A DNA stretch of 64,000 nt, from the NCBI RefSeq assembly GCF_036321535.1, contig NC_087436.1, forward strand, positions 33,978,001 to 34,042,000. Reading direction: 5' to 3'. Origin of the DNA: Camelus dromedarius (Eukaryota). A program made the translations under genes and the position numbers. Shown piece after piece: positions 13,231-25,750 of this stretch (positions are counted from its first letter, which is position 1; every line of letters begins with the position of its first letter). Below the pieces are notes generated by a model. The model was not told the origin of the DNA, made no database searches, and saw only the letters and a program-made list of their open reading frames with translations.

Positions 13231-14406
13231 CTAATCAAAAATTGTTTGGGTAGACTGCCCTAGGAGAACATCTTTGAGATGTATGTCAGATAATGTTCTG
13301 CCTATATTTTCTTCTAGGAGGTTTATTGTATCTTGTCTTATGTTTAAGTCTTTAATCCATTTTGAGTTTATTTTTGTGTATGGTGTAAGGGAGTGTTCTA
13401 GCTTCATTGTTTTACATGCTGCTGTCCAGTTTTCCCAACACCATTTGCTGAAGAGACTGTCTTTATTCCATTGTATATTCTTGCCTCCTTTGTCGAAAAT
13501 TAGTTGACCAAAAGTTTGTGGGTTCATTTCTGGGCTCTCTGTTCTGTTCCATTGGTCCATATGTCTGTTTTTGTACCAATACCATGCTGTTTTGATTACT
13601 GTAGCTCTATAGTATTGTCTGAAGTCTGGGAGAGTTATTCCTCTAGCCTCTTTCTTTTTCTTCAGTAATGCTTTGGCAGTTCTAGGTCTTTTGTGGTCCC
13701 ATATAAATTGTATTATGATTTGTTCTAGTTCTGTGAGATATGTCCTGGGTAATTTGATAGGTATTGCATTAAATCTGTAGATTGCCTTGGGCAGTGTGAC
13801 CGTTTTAACAATATTGATTCTTCTAATCCAGGAGCATAGGATATCTTTCCATTTCTTAAAGTCTTCTTTAATTTCCTTCATCAGTGGTTTATAGTTTTCT
13901 GTGTATAATTCTTTTACCTCGGTTAGATTTATTCCTAGGTATTTTATTACTTCGGGTGCTGTTTTAAAGGGAATGGTTTCTTTACTTTCTTTTTCTGTTG
14001 ATTCATCGTTAGTGTAAAGAAATGCAACTGATTTTTGAACCTTAATCTTGTAACCTGCTACCTTGCTGAATTCTTCAATTAGTTCTAGTAGTTTTTGTGT
14101 GGACTTTTTAGACTTTTCTATATGTAGTATCATATCATCGGCATATAGTGACATGTTTACCTCTTCTTTTCCAATTTGGATCCCTTTTATTTCTCTCTCT
14201 TGCCTGATTGCTGTGGCTAGGATTTCCAAGACTATGTTAAATAGGAGTGGTGATAGTGGGCAGCCTTGTCTTGTCCCGGATTTTAGTGGGAAACTTTTGA
14301 GTTTTTCACCATTGAATCCTATGCTGCCTGTAAGTTTGTCATATATAGTTTTTATTATGTTGAGATATGTTCCCTCTATGCCCACTTTGGTGAGAATTTT
14401 TACCAT
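13231..14406 (-). pseudogene. L1 ORF2p fragment (RT motifs [20 protein letters not shown]), 391 aa open, in the inverted arm
   Basis: YADD is encoded at 14134-14145(-). The start is an internal Met and the last codons and stop are read from TSD/flank. No endonuclease domain or promoter. Confidence 0.95.
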
Positions 14407-15537
14407 AAATGGGTGTTGAATTTTATCAAATGCTTTTTCTGCAACTTACAAGCTTCTACACAGCAAAGGAAGCCATAAATATAACAGAACAACAGCCTAC
14501 AGAATGGGAGAAAATTTTTGCAAATGATGAAACTGACAAAGGCTTGATCTCCAGAATATATAAGCAGCTCATATGACTTAATGAGAAAAAAACAAATAAC
14601 ACAATCCAAAAATGGGCAGAAGACCTAAACAAGCAATTCTCCAAGGAAGACATACAAATGATCAATAGGCACATGAAAAAAATGCTCAATATCACTAATT
14701 ATCAGAGAAATGCAAATCAAAACTATGATGAGGTATCACCTCACACCAGTCAGAATGGCCATCATTCAGAAGTCCACAAATGACAAATGCTGGAGAGGCT
14801 GTGGAGAAAAGGGAACCCTCCTACATTGCTGGTGGGAATGCAGTTTGGTGCAGCCACTGTGGAAAACAGTATGGAGATTCCTCAAAAGACTAGGAATAGA
14901 CTTACCATATGACCCAGGGATCCCACTCCTGGGCATATATCCAGAAGGAACCCTACTTCAAAAAGACATCTGCACCCCAATGTTCATAGCAGCGCTTTTT
15001 ACAATAGCCAAGACATGGAAACAGCCTAAATGTCCATCAGCAAATGACTAGATGAAGAAGATGTGGTATATTTATACAATGGAATACTATTCAGCCATAA
15101 AAACCGACAACATAACGCCATTTGCAGCAATATGGATGTTCCTGGAGAATGTCATTCTAAGTGAAGTAAGCCAGAAGGAAAGAAAAATACCATATGAGAT
15201 TGCTCATATGTGGAATCTAAGAAAAAAAAAAGAACATAAATACATAACAGAAACAGACTTATAGACGTAGAATACAAACTTGTGGTTGCCAATGTGGGAG
15301 GGGAGAAGGGACAGAATGGGATTTCAAAATTTGTAGATACTGACAGGCATATGTAGAATAGATAAACAAGATTATACTGTATAGCACAGGGAAATATATA
15401 CAATGTCTTGTGGTAGCTCACAGCAAAAAAAAGTGACAATGAATATATGTACGTTCATGTATAACTGAAAAATTGTGCTCTACACTGGAATTTGACACAA
15501 CATTGTAAAATGACTATAACTCAATAAAAAATACTTT
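13248..15537 (+). mobile_element. Young 5'-inverted, 5'-truncated L1 (twin-priming structure)
   Basis: Antisense ORF2 arm 13248-14443 joined to a sense arm 14444-~15537 that ends in aataaa and a short A tail. Exact TSD aaaaattgttt at 13237-13247 and 15538-15548. Confidence 0.96.
14710..15264 (+). pseudogene. L1 ORF2p C-terminal (cysteine-rich) fragment, broken by a stop
   Basis: [18 protein letters not shown] motif. TAG at 15049-15051 where the paralogous copy at ~50255 has TGG. Confidence 0.93.
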
Positions 15538-16953
15538 AAAAATTGTTTACAATTTAGAACAAATATTTATTATAACATCTTGAAAATAAGAGATCCAAGA
15601 TACTGGAAAATCATAGATGATATCAGAGAGCATCTGGACTACCTCTGAGAGAGATTACACAAGTAGAATAAAACTGAGTAATTTTTTTCAACTGTATGAA
15701 ATATGTTTGGTCAGGAACGTGTGGTGGTAGTGGAAAGATGTGGCAGGAAATAAAGAGAAAAGGTCAGCTGCTGCCAGATCACAGGCTATCTATTTTTCTT
15801 TCCTGAAAATTTTGGAATTATTTCTGGGAAGTCAGAAGAATTTTAAAGAGGGGAAATGGCATTACGTAAACTTTATTTTAGGAGCATAACTGTTTGTTGT
15901 GCAAAGAAGGCTGAAGCAGTATCAATATTTTAGTCAAATGGGGTAAATGGGGTTGTAAATTGCTAAGAAGGTCCAGCTTGCTAAACCTAGCGCAACTGAG
16001 AATAAGGAATCATTAAAAAGTTATATGTAGATCTCATTCGAAGAAACAGTTCGACCATTAAAGGAAAGCAAAGGGTTCTAAAAGCTCTGATCTAAAAAAT
16101 TTTAGAATTCATCATCTCACAACAACCCAGCGATTAATGTGGTTCCCCAAGAGAATGGAGGATGGTTTTGGCAATCTCTGAGGAGCTCTGGGACTTTCAC
16201 CCTTTTGGATGGAATACATCCTATGGAGACAATCAGATTAAAATCTATACCCGTGCATTTTGGCATCAGCGATACATATTCACAAATGCAGCTTATCCAT
16301 ACATTTTCACATCCTGCAAGCTTAGAAACTAGGAAAAATATAAAGCTTAAAGACAATGACCCTTCAAAGTCACATTTAATTGTTAGACATTTATGTAAGC
16401 TGGGAATTGAGTAGGCCACCTGGCAATTTTACAAGGTGAAAAAATGCTTTACTCAAAATGACAGTTTTTGCTTCTGCTTCCTTCGTGTGAAATTTTACTA
16501 ATTATTTGAGGCTGTGAGTGAGTTGCACAGTATTAAGACACTGTCTGAACTTAGATTATTATTACTTATTAGGATTTTCAGATTCATCCCTGAAGTATTT
16601 GTAATTTCAGATGCATTTATTATACCAGAATGAAACATTAAATTCATTTATAGGACTGTATGAATTATCTAGTCTTTAATTTTAGATCAAAAAAGTATAT
16701 AAAAAGGAGTTTATTTCTGAGGCCAAGTGGACAATGACCTAGAAGGAAGTAATTTCAAAGATTTCAAGTAAATTAACATCTATGCAAAATTTGGAAGTGC
16801 TAACAAAAACAGAGTTGTAACACTTTTCTTCTAAACATAAAATTATAAAACTGATGTTGACCCTTGAAATAGATGGCATGATTTTAAACAAAGTAAACAA
16901 CATGAATTTCTGGAAATAAAATATTCTAAATTCTACCTATGAGAGTGAGAAAC

Positions 16954-17064
16954 AGGATGGTAATAAATGTCAGATCATTCCTGTTGTCTCAGTGTAATTA
17001 TTAACAGTTTTTCCTTTCGGTCTCAAGAGCATCCTAGCTAGGATGATAAATTATAGAGCACCCT
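16954..17064. mobile_element. MER94-like hAT-Blackjack MITE
   Basis: cctgttgtctcagtgtaattattaacag...cctttcggtctcaagagcatcc...ggatgataaattatagagcaccct resembles my recall of MER94. Confidence 0.65.
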
Positions 17065-17749
17065 CCTTATAAGGCATCCCTGAAATTTACCTTTGTTCTC
17101 CAGGAAAGAAATTTAATTGAAGAGATAGACTTATCAAACTTCATTTTCAATAAAACTGGAAATAAAAACATACATTTTATCAAAAATGACAAAGAAAACC
17201 CCAACAAATATATATAAAATCATTGTCTCAGCCTTTCTTGTTACAAATTACTTTAAGAATCAGTTAACTGCTTCTTACAAGTTTAATATGCTCTTTCCAT
17301 TGCCATTCACTTCTAGAAATATGGTACTTTTCATAAGATTTCTTCTTTGATTCATAAATTATTTGAGTGTGAATTTTAAAGTTTCCTAACACATATATGA
17401 TTTTTGTATTGCTTGTTTCTAATTTAATTTCCTTATAAGTAGAGAACATATTCAGCATGATATTAATTCTTTAAAATTTGTTAAAATTTTTCTTATGACC
17501 GAATAGTCAATTTATTTAATTGTTCCTTGTGTATCTGAGCATTAATCTATTACAACTGTCTTGATAATTTTCTTGTTAAAAGCTAATTTTTAAAGTTTAA
17601 TATTAGGTGAACTTAAAAAAAAATTAGGTGAACTTATTACTCAAGAGTAAGAAAAAAAGTCACCTTCGTACATAAAATAACCATAGGATTTATAACCAGC
17701 AGACCTTCAATTAAATGTATTTTAAGGCATGATCTTCTGAAATAAAGTA

Positions 17750-17943
17750 CAGTTAACCTTTGAACAATAAGCGTTTAAACTTTGTGGGTCTACTTATCTG
17801 GGGATTTTTTTTCAAGAATTGTACTACATGGTCTGTGGTTGGTTGAATCCATGGAACTGTGGATACAGAGAGTCTACTGTAAAATTATATGGGGTTTTTG
17901 ATACCTCTAATAACCCCAGCTCCTGTTGTTCAAGAGTCAACTG
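17750..17943. mobile_element. Tigger2-derived MITE (MER8-like), TcMar-Tigger
   Basis: TIRs cagttaacctttgaacaa / ttgttcaagagtcaactg (15/18 match) with TA on both sides (17748-17749, 17944-17945). Confidence 0.9.
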
Positions 17944-19544
17944 TAATTAGAGAAGAAAGATATGGGATAAACATAGCAATTGTGAGAAAGATGTTGATTA
18001 ACTATAGATAACTCAACAATTTAATATTGGAAAGAATATTTTTGTTAAAAAAATATTTTTATTTCTTTCACCAGTTTCTCAAACAAGTGTATTGAGTTCT
18101 TTTCCATTGTGCTTATGAATTTATCAATTTCTTTTTTTTATTATTTTTATAGTTCCAAAGATATATTTTGTATATATTTATATATATTTAGACTATGCTG
18201 TTCAATATATTTTCTCGATAGCTTATCTTTTGTCCACTTTTTATAAATATTAGCACATTTTCTGTTAACTGTATCTTGTCTGATATTCTAATTTTCTACC
18301 AGTTTTCTTTTGAGTAGACTTTGTATGTTCCATGGATTTTCATCATTTTTTCCCCTCAATCTCTATAAATTAGGAGATTAGAAAAGAATGTTCTTAAATC
18401 ATTAAGCTTGATTTTGATTTATTTAACTAATCTGCTAATCTCTATTTCTATAGATTATATTGACCATTCATAATTTTTATAATTATCTAAGTGTTTTTAC
18501 TTTATGATTATTTTTGATTGCTGTTTATTTCCTTTTTTCACTTTTTCCATTTTTGTGCCTTCTGTTGTATTGAGAAAGTTTCCACATTTATTTCCTTCAG
18601 ATCATATTGAGGAAACAGACATTATTCTTACTATTTTTGAATATCTTTTAAAACATAATTACATAAGTAACCTAACAAGTATACATGACTTTAGCATGTT
18701 TACCCTCTAAATTCCCTATCATCACTTTCATCTTATTTATATGATAGAAAGTCTTGGGTTTTTTACTTTTATTAAACCAAACTCAAAAATATTAATTTTA
18801 TGTTAAACAGTTGGATTTATTAACCATATTCCTATCAATTACTTTGTTCAATTTTGTTTCTTACATTCATACCCTTATGATTCTAGCTTATTTCAAAAGA
18901 AACTACTTTAAAGTAATATAGTGAGATTTTAAGCTTTAAAATCTTTTGTTTTAGTCCAAAACTAGTTTTATTTTGCTTTCACCCTTTCACCTTGTGTGAT
19001 ATAGCCACTAAATATTAAAATTTTAGGTGACAATTATTACCCTCAGTACATTGAAGATGCACTCATTGGTGGTGCAAAGTCTGCAGCGTATTTTCTATCA
19101 TAAATTTGTCAGTTATTCATTTCAGCTTTGCTATTCTTTAGTATCACTCTGATATGACCAGATGTAAGGTTATGTTTATTTATTTATTTATTTATTTCTG
19201 CCTGGAACTTGCACTGAATTTTGTATCTCAGAAAACTTCATCAGTTCTGGAACCATCCTGGTTATTCCCCTTCAAATATTGATTCTTCATTATCTTCTTC
19301 ATTTAAATCTCTCATATTTCTGATGGGAAATCTGTAACTATACATCACATACATAAATTTTTTACATATTAAATTTTTTTTGCTCTATGCTCATTTGGGG
19401 TTAACTTTTATATATGAGTCACACAAAGTTTATCCTTTCAATAATTAAAATTTTGATGAAACTATTTCTTAGTTATTAATTGATTCTTTTGCATGTCTAC
19501 CATTCTTATTTATGATAGCTGATTTTAGTTACACATGTATAATT

Positions 19545-19641
19545 AATTAATTAATTAACTTATTTAATGGAGGTACTGATGTTGAACCCAGGACTCCATG
19601 CATGCTAAACATGTGCCCTACCACTGAGCTTTATCCACCTC
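19545..19641 (-). mobile_element. tRNA-derived SINE (camelid Vic-1-like)
   Basis: Reverse complement reads ...agctcagtggtagggcacatgtttagcatgcatggagtcctgggttcaacatcagtacctcc plus an (aatt)n tail, with A-box and B-box (ggttcaa). TSD core tgtataatt at 19536-19544 and 19646-19654. Confidence 0.85.
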
Positions 19642-20934
19642 ACTTTGTATAATTTTTAATATGTAGTATGACTCTTTTTGAGCATCCAAACTCCAGTTAT
19701 TTTAAATTTTCTAACATAAATTTCTCTTGGAGTGAATATGAATTTCGTTACTTGATTTGATGCTATCTTTTTTATTATTTAATTTCTTGAAATTTTAACT
19801 TGTAGGCATACTTTAAATGGGAACGTTTCGGCAATTTTGATTTTGTTTTGTTGTTGTTATTGGTGAGTGTGTGTGCGTGTATGTATGTGTTTGTTTGTTT
19901 TCCTTTGATTTTATTTTGTGTTTTCATTATTTTCTTCCCTCTCGCATTTCTGCAGTTTTGAGATTGCTTTCTTCTAGCACAGACCAGATGCATTCATTAA
20001 AATGGCATTTGGCAGTTTCCATTTCATGAAGATATCCTGGATATCAGAAATTCAATCACAGAACCAGCTGGCAGCTGGGCTCAGTACTTGGTCAAAGGTT
20101 GTGCCTTTGTGTCTCTGTTTCCTTAGGTCAGCAGCTTTCTGTGATGCCATATACCCAGCAGCAAGTCAATAGCCCTTTTTAAATCATCCTTTCACAGTTT
20201 AAGTAGAAGAAATCTGTTTTTCCCTCAGTCTCTGGCTTTGACCACTGAGACTGAATAGGGAGAACCATGTCATTCAGAGAAATCGTCATGCTTTCTTTTC
20301 AGGAGGAGCCAGTCTCCTTGCTTCCACTCCCATTTTTTTATCCTTAAGAGTCCAACAGGCCAGTGGCTATAACCCCAATAATAACTTTGCAATTCTGAGG
20401 ACTCCTTTCAGTTGTGTGAATATGTTTATCATGTCATTGAATTTCTGCTACCATATATGAATACATGGAATATATGTCCAGTGTGTGTGTGTTTGTGTTT
20501 TTGGATGGTGGATCTGTTTAAAATTCATTGCATCTTTACTCAGTAGTTCATATCCTCAATGACAGAATTAATAGAACATTTATTACCCACCATCCCTAAA
20601 GTCCCTCCAAGATTAACCGATGCCCACTAAATCTGTAAAAACGGAAAGATCTATATTTTATCATTTTTCTAAGTGTCTTAACTTTTATAAATGGAAAATG
20701 TAGAGTACTTAATAATTGATAACTTCTAAAGACTTAGTTTAAACATATCAGTGCACCTTTTGAATCAAAGGATTTCATGCTAATTTGGAGGTATTCAAAA
20801 GTTCTAGTTTCTGATGCAATATTCTTCAAGAAATTAAGCTATGAGTAGTTGATTTCTATTTTCAGAATTTTTAGAACTATGGTTGTTATATTATGTCTAA
20901 TTCTAAGAAAAAAAAACTATCCCATAACTAACAC

Positions 20935-21120
20935 TTAAGGAAGACTTATTTTTCCCAGGCTTTGTTCTATGCATTATGCAAATATTATCTTGATTAATCC
21001 TCACACTTCCTCACCATTTCCAGATTTTTGGAAGAGCTAAGGCACAGAGAGATAGTTATTTGCTTATAGTATAATCATAACAAATGATAGAAACTGACCC
21101 TGGTAGTCTGGATCCAGAGG
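20935..21120 (-). mobile_element. MIR SINE
   Basis: ccaggctttgttcta...taatcctcac...gctaaggcacagagagatagttatttgc...gtctggatccagag. Confidence 0.75.
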
Positions 21121-22421
21121 AAGATATTATGTAGCTTTTCTCATTTTACTTTCAAAGCAAACATCATTAGACACTTTATGATAATAATCAAATCATGTCT
21201 TTGTATGGTTATGAATGAGCTGTTTTCCTTTTGCATTTTTTCCTCTACAAATGGATTTTCTTTATTACCAAATGCCTGGCTATGCAACTGATTTATAGAC
21301 CTTTGAAGATTTATGCCTTTGTAGTCAATGTGGTATATTTAGTGATCTACAGCCTTAAGCATACTTGTGACAGGTGACTGTGTTATTATACAGAATGCAT
21401 AATAAATTTTAATTCCTATTATATATTACAGAACAATGTCTACACTGAAAAGCCTCCAAATATGTTCCTACTATCATTCTCCTGTGTGGATCACTACAAA
21501 CAAACAGATTCTAAATGGTGACAAAGATTATATAAGTCCACTGTGTTTGGCCTTGCGGATTTAAAAACCAAAATGAAATTAGTACCAACATCATCATCAC
21601 CAAAATTTAAAAAAAAATCACAAATCCAATTTAGCCTCTAGAGCCCAGCAGATTCAGCCCAATATAAATGTTTTATTTTTCCTCTGTGATAGCAAAAAGA
21701 AAAAATTTAATTACAAGTCCCCAGTATTTCACCAAATGGCCCAAACACCACACTCCCATTCACTGTCCTCGTTAATGTCTATAGGGAAGACATTCATGAT
21801 CTCATTTCACTTTCAGAGGCTTTGCTTCCTTTGCTCTTGCTGGGTTTTATTAGACGTCTCTTTCTATAAATAGCTCAGTATTGAATCAATTTATTAGCTA
21901 TAAACTTTCAGAGTAAAATTATGTAATAGAAATTTTTGTTTGGGAAAGGGAAACCATGTTTGTAAATGGCAAGAAGGACTTCCTAATTCAAAAGAAACAA
22001 TAAGATTGTGTGCTGTGTGTGTGTGTTTATGCAGGCAAGGACTTAACTTGAGAACATGTGACATTGAAAATTTATTTATGAATGTTTTTGAACTCAAAAT
22101 GAATTTTCTCTTAAAACAATGTTAGTTTTCTAGGTTTGCCTAATACAGACCTCGTGTGTTTTGGAAATACATAACCTAAGTGATGGATTATAGGAATCAA
22201 GGACCAAGAGGAGGGAGAAGGGACAAGTAGAGTCAAGTACAACACTAGTTAGAATATTGTGACAGAGGAAGTTTTCCTTTAGGTCAGCATCTTTGCCTCT
22301 GTGCTCCTTTTCTGCCTTCAAGTGTGCATCCATTCACATGCACTGGAGTGGTCCATTAAATGTGGTCAGAGTCCTAGGACTAAAAGAAAGGTCAACATGT
22401 AAACATTCATTCCTTCATTTT

Positions 22422-22680
22422 CAGAGTGGTTAAGATCACAGACTCTGGAACCAGACTTCTGGGCCCCAAATCCTGGTTCTGCCACTAATGTATTTTGTGA
22501 CCTTAAGCAATTTACTTAATCACCGTGTGTTTTTGTGTACTTACCTATAAAATAGAGCTAGTACTAGTAATTAGCTCATAAAGTTTTTATGAAGATAGAT
22601 TGAAGACTGTATTTCAAGCTTTTAGAATAATGATGGACAACATATAAACAATATGGAAACTTTAGCTGTTATTGTTGTGT
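22422..22680 (+). mobile_element. MIR SINE
   Basis: agtggttaagatcacagactctggaaccagac...aaatcctggttctgccact...gtgaccttaagcaatttacttaa...ctataaaatag. Confidence 0.88.
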
Positions 22681-25600
22681 TGTTACTACTATTAATTAAA
22701 AAAATATGTATTGGAGCATCAATTTTGTGCCAAACACTATACTAAAGGATGGACACACAAGATAAACAAGAACAATTTCTGCATCAAAGAGTTTAGGCTA
22801 GAGAAAATGGAGATTAGCTATTTTGAAGATTATCAAATAGGGATACCAGGAGAAAAATCCATGGAAAAAGAATAAAGAAATGTATGAATGCTTTGACCCA
22901 AAAGTATCTGTGTTCAAGCTGAACATAAGTGTTTCTGCATTGAAGAAGTGGGCAAGTATCAACAATTAGAGGAGCAGGAATTCAAAATTAGATATTGAAA
23001 GATGAACAAGAGAAAATGGCATTATTAATGTTTAAGCAAAAAATACTAGAATCCAAATTTGAGGGGCAGGAATCCAACCCCAGAAGACTTGAGGTAAATA
23101 GCAGAATGCAAAGAACAGAGAAGTGAATGCAGCTTTGGAGGTACTAGAAGCCACCATAGCAAGACTGATTTGATACTGTCATTGGTCTGTTGTTTCTAGC
23201 AGTTCATTTTCTCCTATGTGTAGGGATATGTCCAGTCTCAGAATCTGAAGGCATAGTTTAGAGTTAGAAGAACTCAGAGAAAAATCACTACAATTGGCAT
23301 GAGAAAATCTGGCTTCCAAACATATCATCTATATAGTCTTCAGAGCCATATGTTGCCCACTTATGAAATACAGTTAATATTAAAACAGTTTCTATTTTGT
23401 AAAAAAAAAAAAAAGACAGAAAGAAAAGTGGGAAAATAAGCTTGAAAGTGTTTTAAAACCATATATGTATTAATTATCTTAACTATTATCTGACGATGGA
23501 TACATACCTGAATGTATTAGAAGATTGTGATAGATGACCCGCAGTGTTAGAATGTGCACAGGGCCAATGTGCTGTTGCAGGTCTTCATTGCTGAGCTTCA
23601 ACACTGCACTCAGAAACAGATCATTTCCCTCTATTCCCCTAAAGTGCTTGGAGCAGAGCATGACAATAAACAATGTGCATTGAATAAATAAAATGGGAAA
23701 TGGCTAAATTAAGTCACATTCATCTGGGAAAGATTTTCAACACCTTTCTTCTTTCAAACTATTAGCATTTTCCAAAGAAGAGCTTGTTAATCACAATTAA
23801 TATCCAAATGGTACAATTTCAAAGAATGTGGCAAATTTTACATGAAAAAAAGAAAAATGAAATAAATAAAGTGAGATAGTTATGCATGTGAACTTAGATG
23901 AGATTTGGCACTTTCCTGCTTGAGAGTTCCTTTCTTCCAAATTGGAGCACAGATGTGCTTTCAGAGCTCTATGTTTTATTTTGCTTTGTATTTAATTTCA
24001 TGGCCTTTCTTTTACTATTGACAGAGGGAGTGGGGGGGTATGGTGATGAAGAGGAGCTTTGTGTATATGGGCTAAAATTGCGTTAGATATTAGAAAGAGT
24101 GATTATTTGTAGTAAGAGACATACTGAAAATACTAGATATGAAATCATGACAGAATTAATCTACATCAGAGCAGTTCTGATCTAAATATTTGGCTCATTT
24201 TGTAAAAGACCGAGGTCACCAAACTGATTAGAATTTTCATTGCTAGAAAAATTTAGCAATGAAAAGTCTACTTTGTCCTGAAATGTAATTTCCTGGAATG
24301 TACTTCTGTACTCTTAAACACTTTAAAGTTGTAGACATCCAGCATACTTACACGTGTAATGAGCCTGTTATAATTCAGGAGCATGTCAAAACCTTATGCT
24401 TTAAAAACACCTTACCTGGGTTTTTAAACTTTTCTGCCTGTCTTCTCCTATATGCAAGAAGCTCAATTGTCATATGGTACATTCCAGAATTCCCTCAACT
24501 GGATGGATTCCAGAATTTTGGATTGGATTTATCAGTAAAATATGAATAAATGTGAGGTTTCTGATTTATTTATATTTTTTGATCTGACATTGGGGGTCAA
24601 AAAACTTACCAACTGATTACCAATTTAATTTTTAAAACAAACATTTTCTCAACAAAAGAAATTAAATGCCCATATATGAGAAGCATTGCATTTTTGTCTA
24701 ATATAGAGGATTTTGCTCTATTAAAAAAAGTTCACTTATACAAAAACCCACCATATATTACTGTTTTAATAGCATCACAAACATTTGGGAATTCTTATTC
24801 TTCCACTGAAATGAATTTAAAAATTAAAGAACGTAATTCTAGTCATTTCTAGCTATTTCTAGCTCCTTTATTAACAAATAATCTACTATAACCTCATTAG
24901 TAACATAACATATCTCTTTGTTTCACTAAAATAAGGTTTTGAAATACGCATGATTTTTTGTGTCTAGAGAGAATAGTTATTTCTGAACATTTGCATGGCA
25001 CTTTTATTGTTAAAGTGATTTATAATTGCTTACTTTAATTATTCTAGTGCCATTAGCTCTGATCTGTGCTGTTGCAAACAAAAAAACCTGAGATTTATCT
25101 GGAAAATTATATGTACTTTTTCAATGTTTTTTATTAGCATCTATAAAACAAGTCATCTTATGGTTTATTATTAGCTTATTAGAAAGAATTTAAAATGTGA
25201 AGTTGATAATTTTACTCTTAACTGTTTACAATATGGATATTACAACATTAATAATCTAAAATATAAAGTAACTAGAGACGTTAACATGGAAATATATACA
25301 AGTATTTGTCTTATGTGTAAAACTAAGCCAGATATAACTTTTATGATATGATAAACAATTTCATGTTTAGACTGGATATATACCATCTCCTCTCATTAGT
25401 AAGTTGGGTCAACTTCTTGAGACATCAAAGAATTTCAAGAGATGTGTAATTAGTGGGAAGAAAAACAGATAATTCAAAGGAGAGGAAATCCAGTCAGAGT
25501 CATTTTGATTAAGTGTCTTAGTCTTAATCTAAGGCAGTTTTAAGTGACCTCTAGCAAAAGAGGAGGTCACCATAAATGAGGCTAGCCTGGTCAAAATGAA

Positions 25601-25750
25601 AGATTAAAAAGGCAGATAACAAAGGGCCAGTGTCATTGTAAACAGCACAGAGAATTCACTGGAGAGGAAAATTGACTGGAGAAAAGGTTGAGATGTTCAA
25701 ATGAGAGATAAGTTGTATTTGAAGTAATGCTATTTTTGTAGATTGGAGAG

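Larger units (their letters stand above)
17260..20450 (-). mobile_element. Very old L1M (L1ME/L1M5-like) remnant with later insertions
   Basis: Antisense ORF2 endonuclease-like text at 17260-17560 resumes near 18060. T-rich degenerate sequence continues rightwards; the right boundary is uncertain. Confidence 0.6.

Noticed and set aside
13231..14406. Novel reverse-transcriptase system (retron, DGR, domesticated RT)
   Set aside because: The sequence is ordinary L1 ORF2 within a TSD-bounded insertion; no accessory gene or ncRNA is evident.
13274..14695. Hydrophobic ORFs 13274-13507, 14063-14419, 14400-14609 and 14456-14695 as membrane proteins
   Set aside because: They are antisense readings of A-rich L1 ORF2, a known source of spurious predictions.
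19568..19641. Functional tRNA gene
   Set aside because: Acceptor and T stems are degenerate, and the AT-rich tail and TSD indicate a SINE.
24405..24460. 32-nt minus-strand micro-exon (tag|...cag|gtaagg)
   Set aside because: Good donor but weak pyrimidine tract; no partner exon or recognisable peptide.
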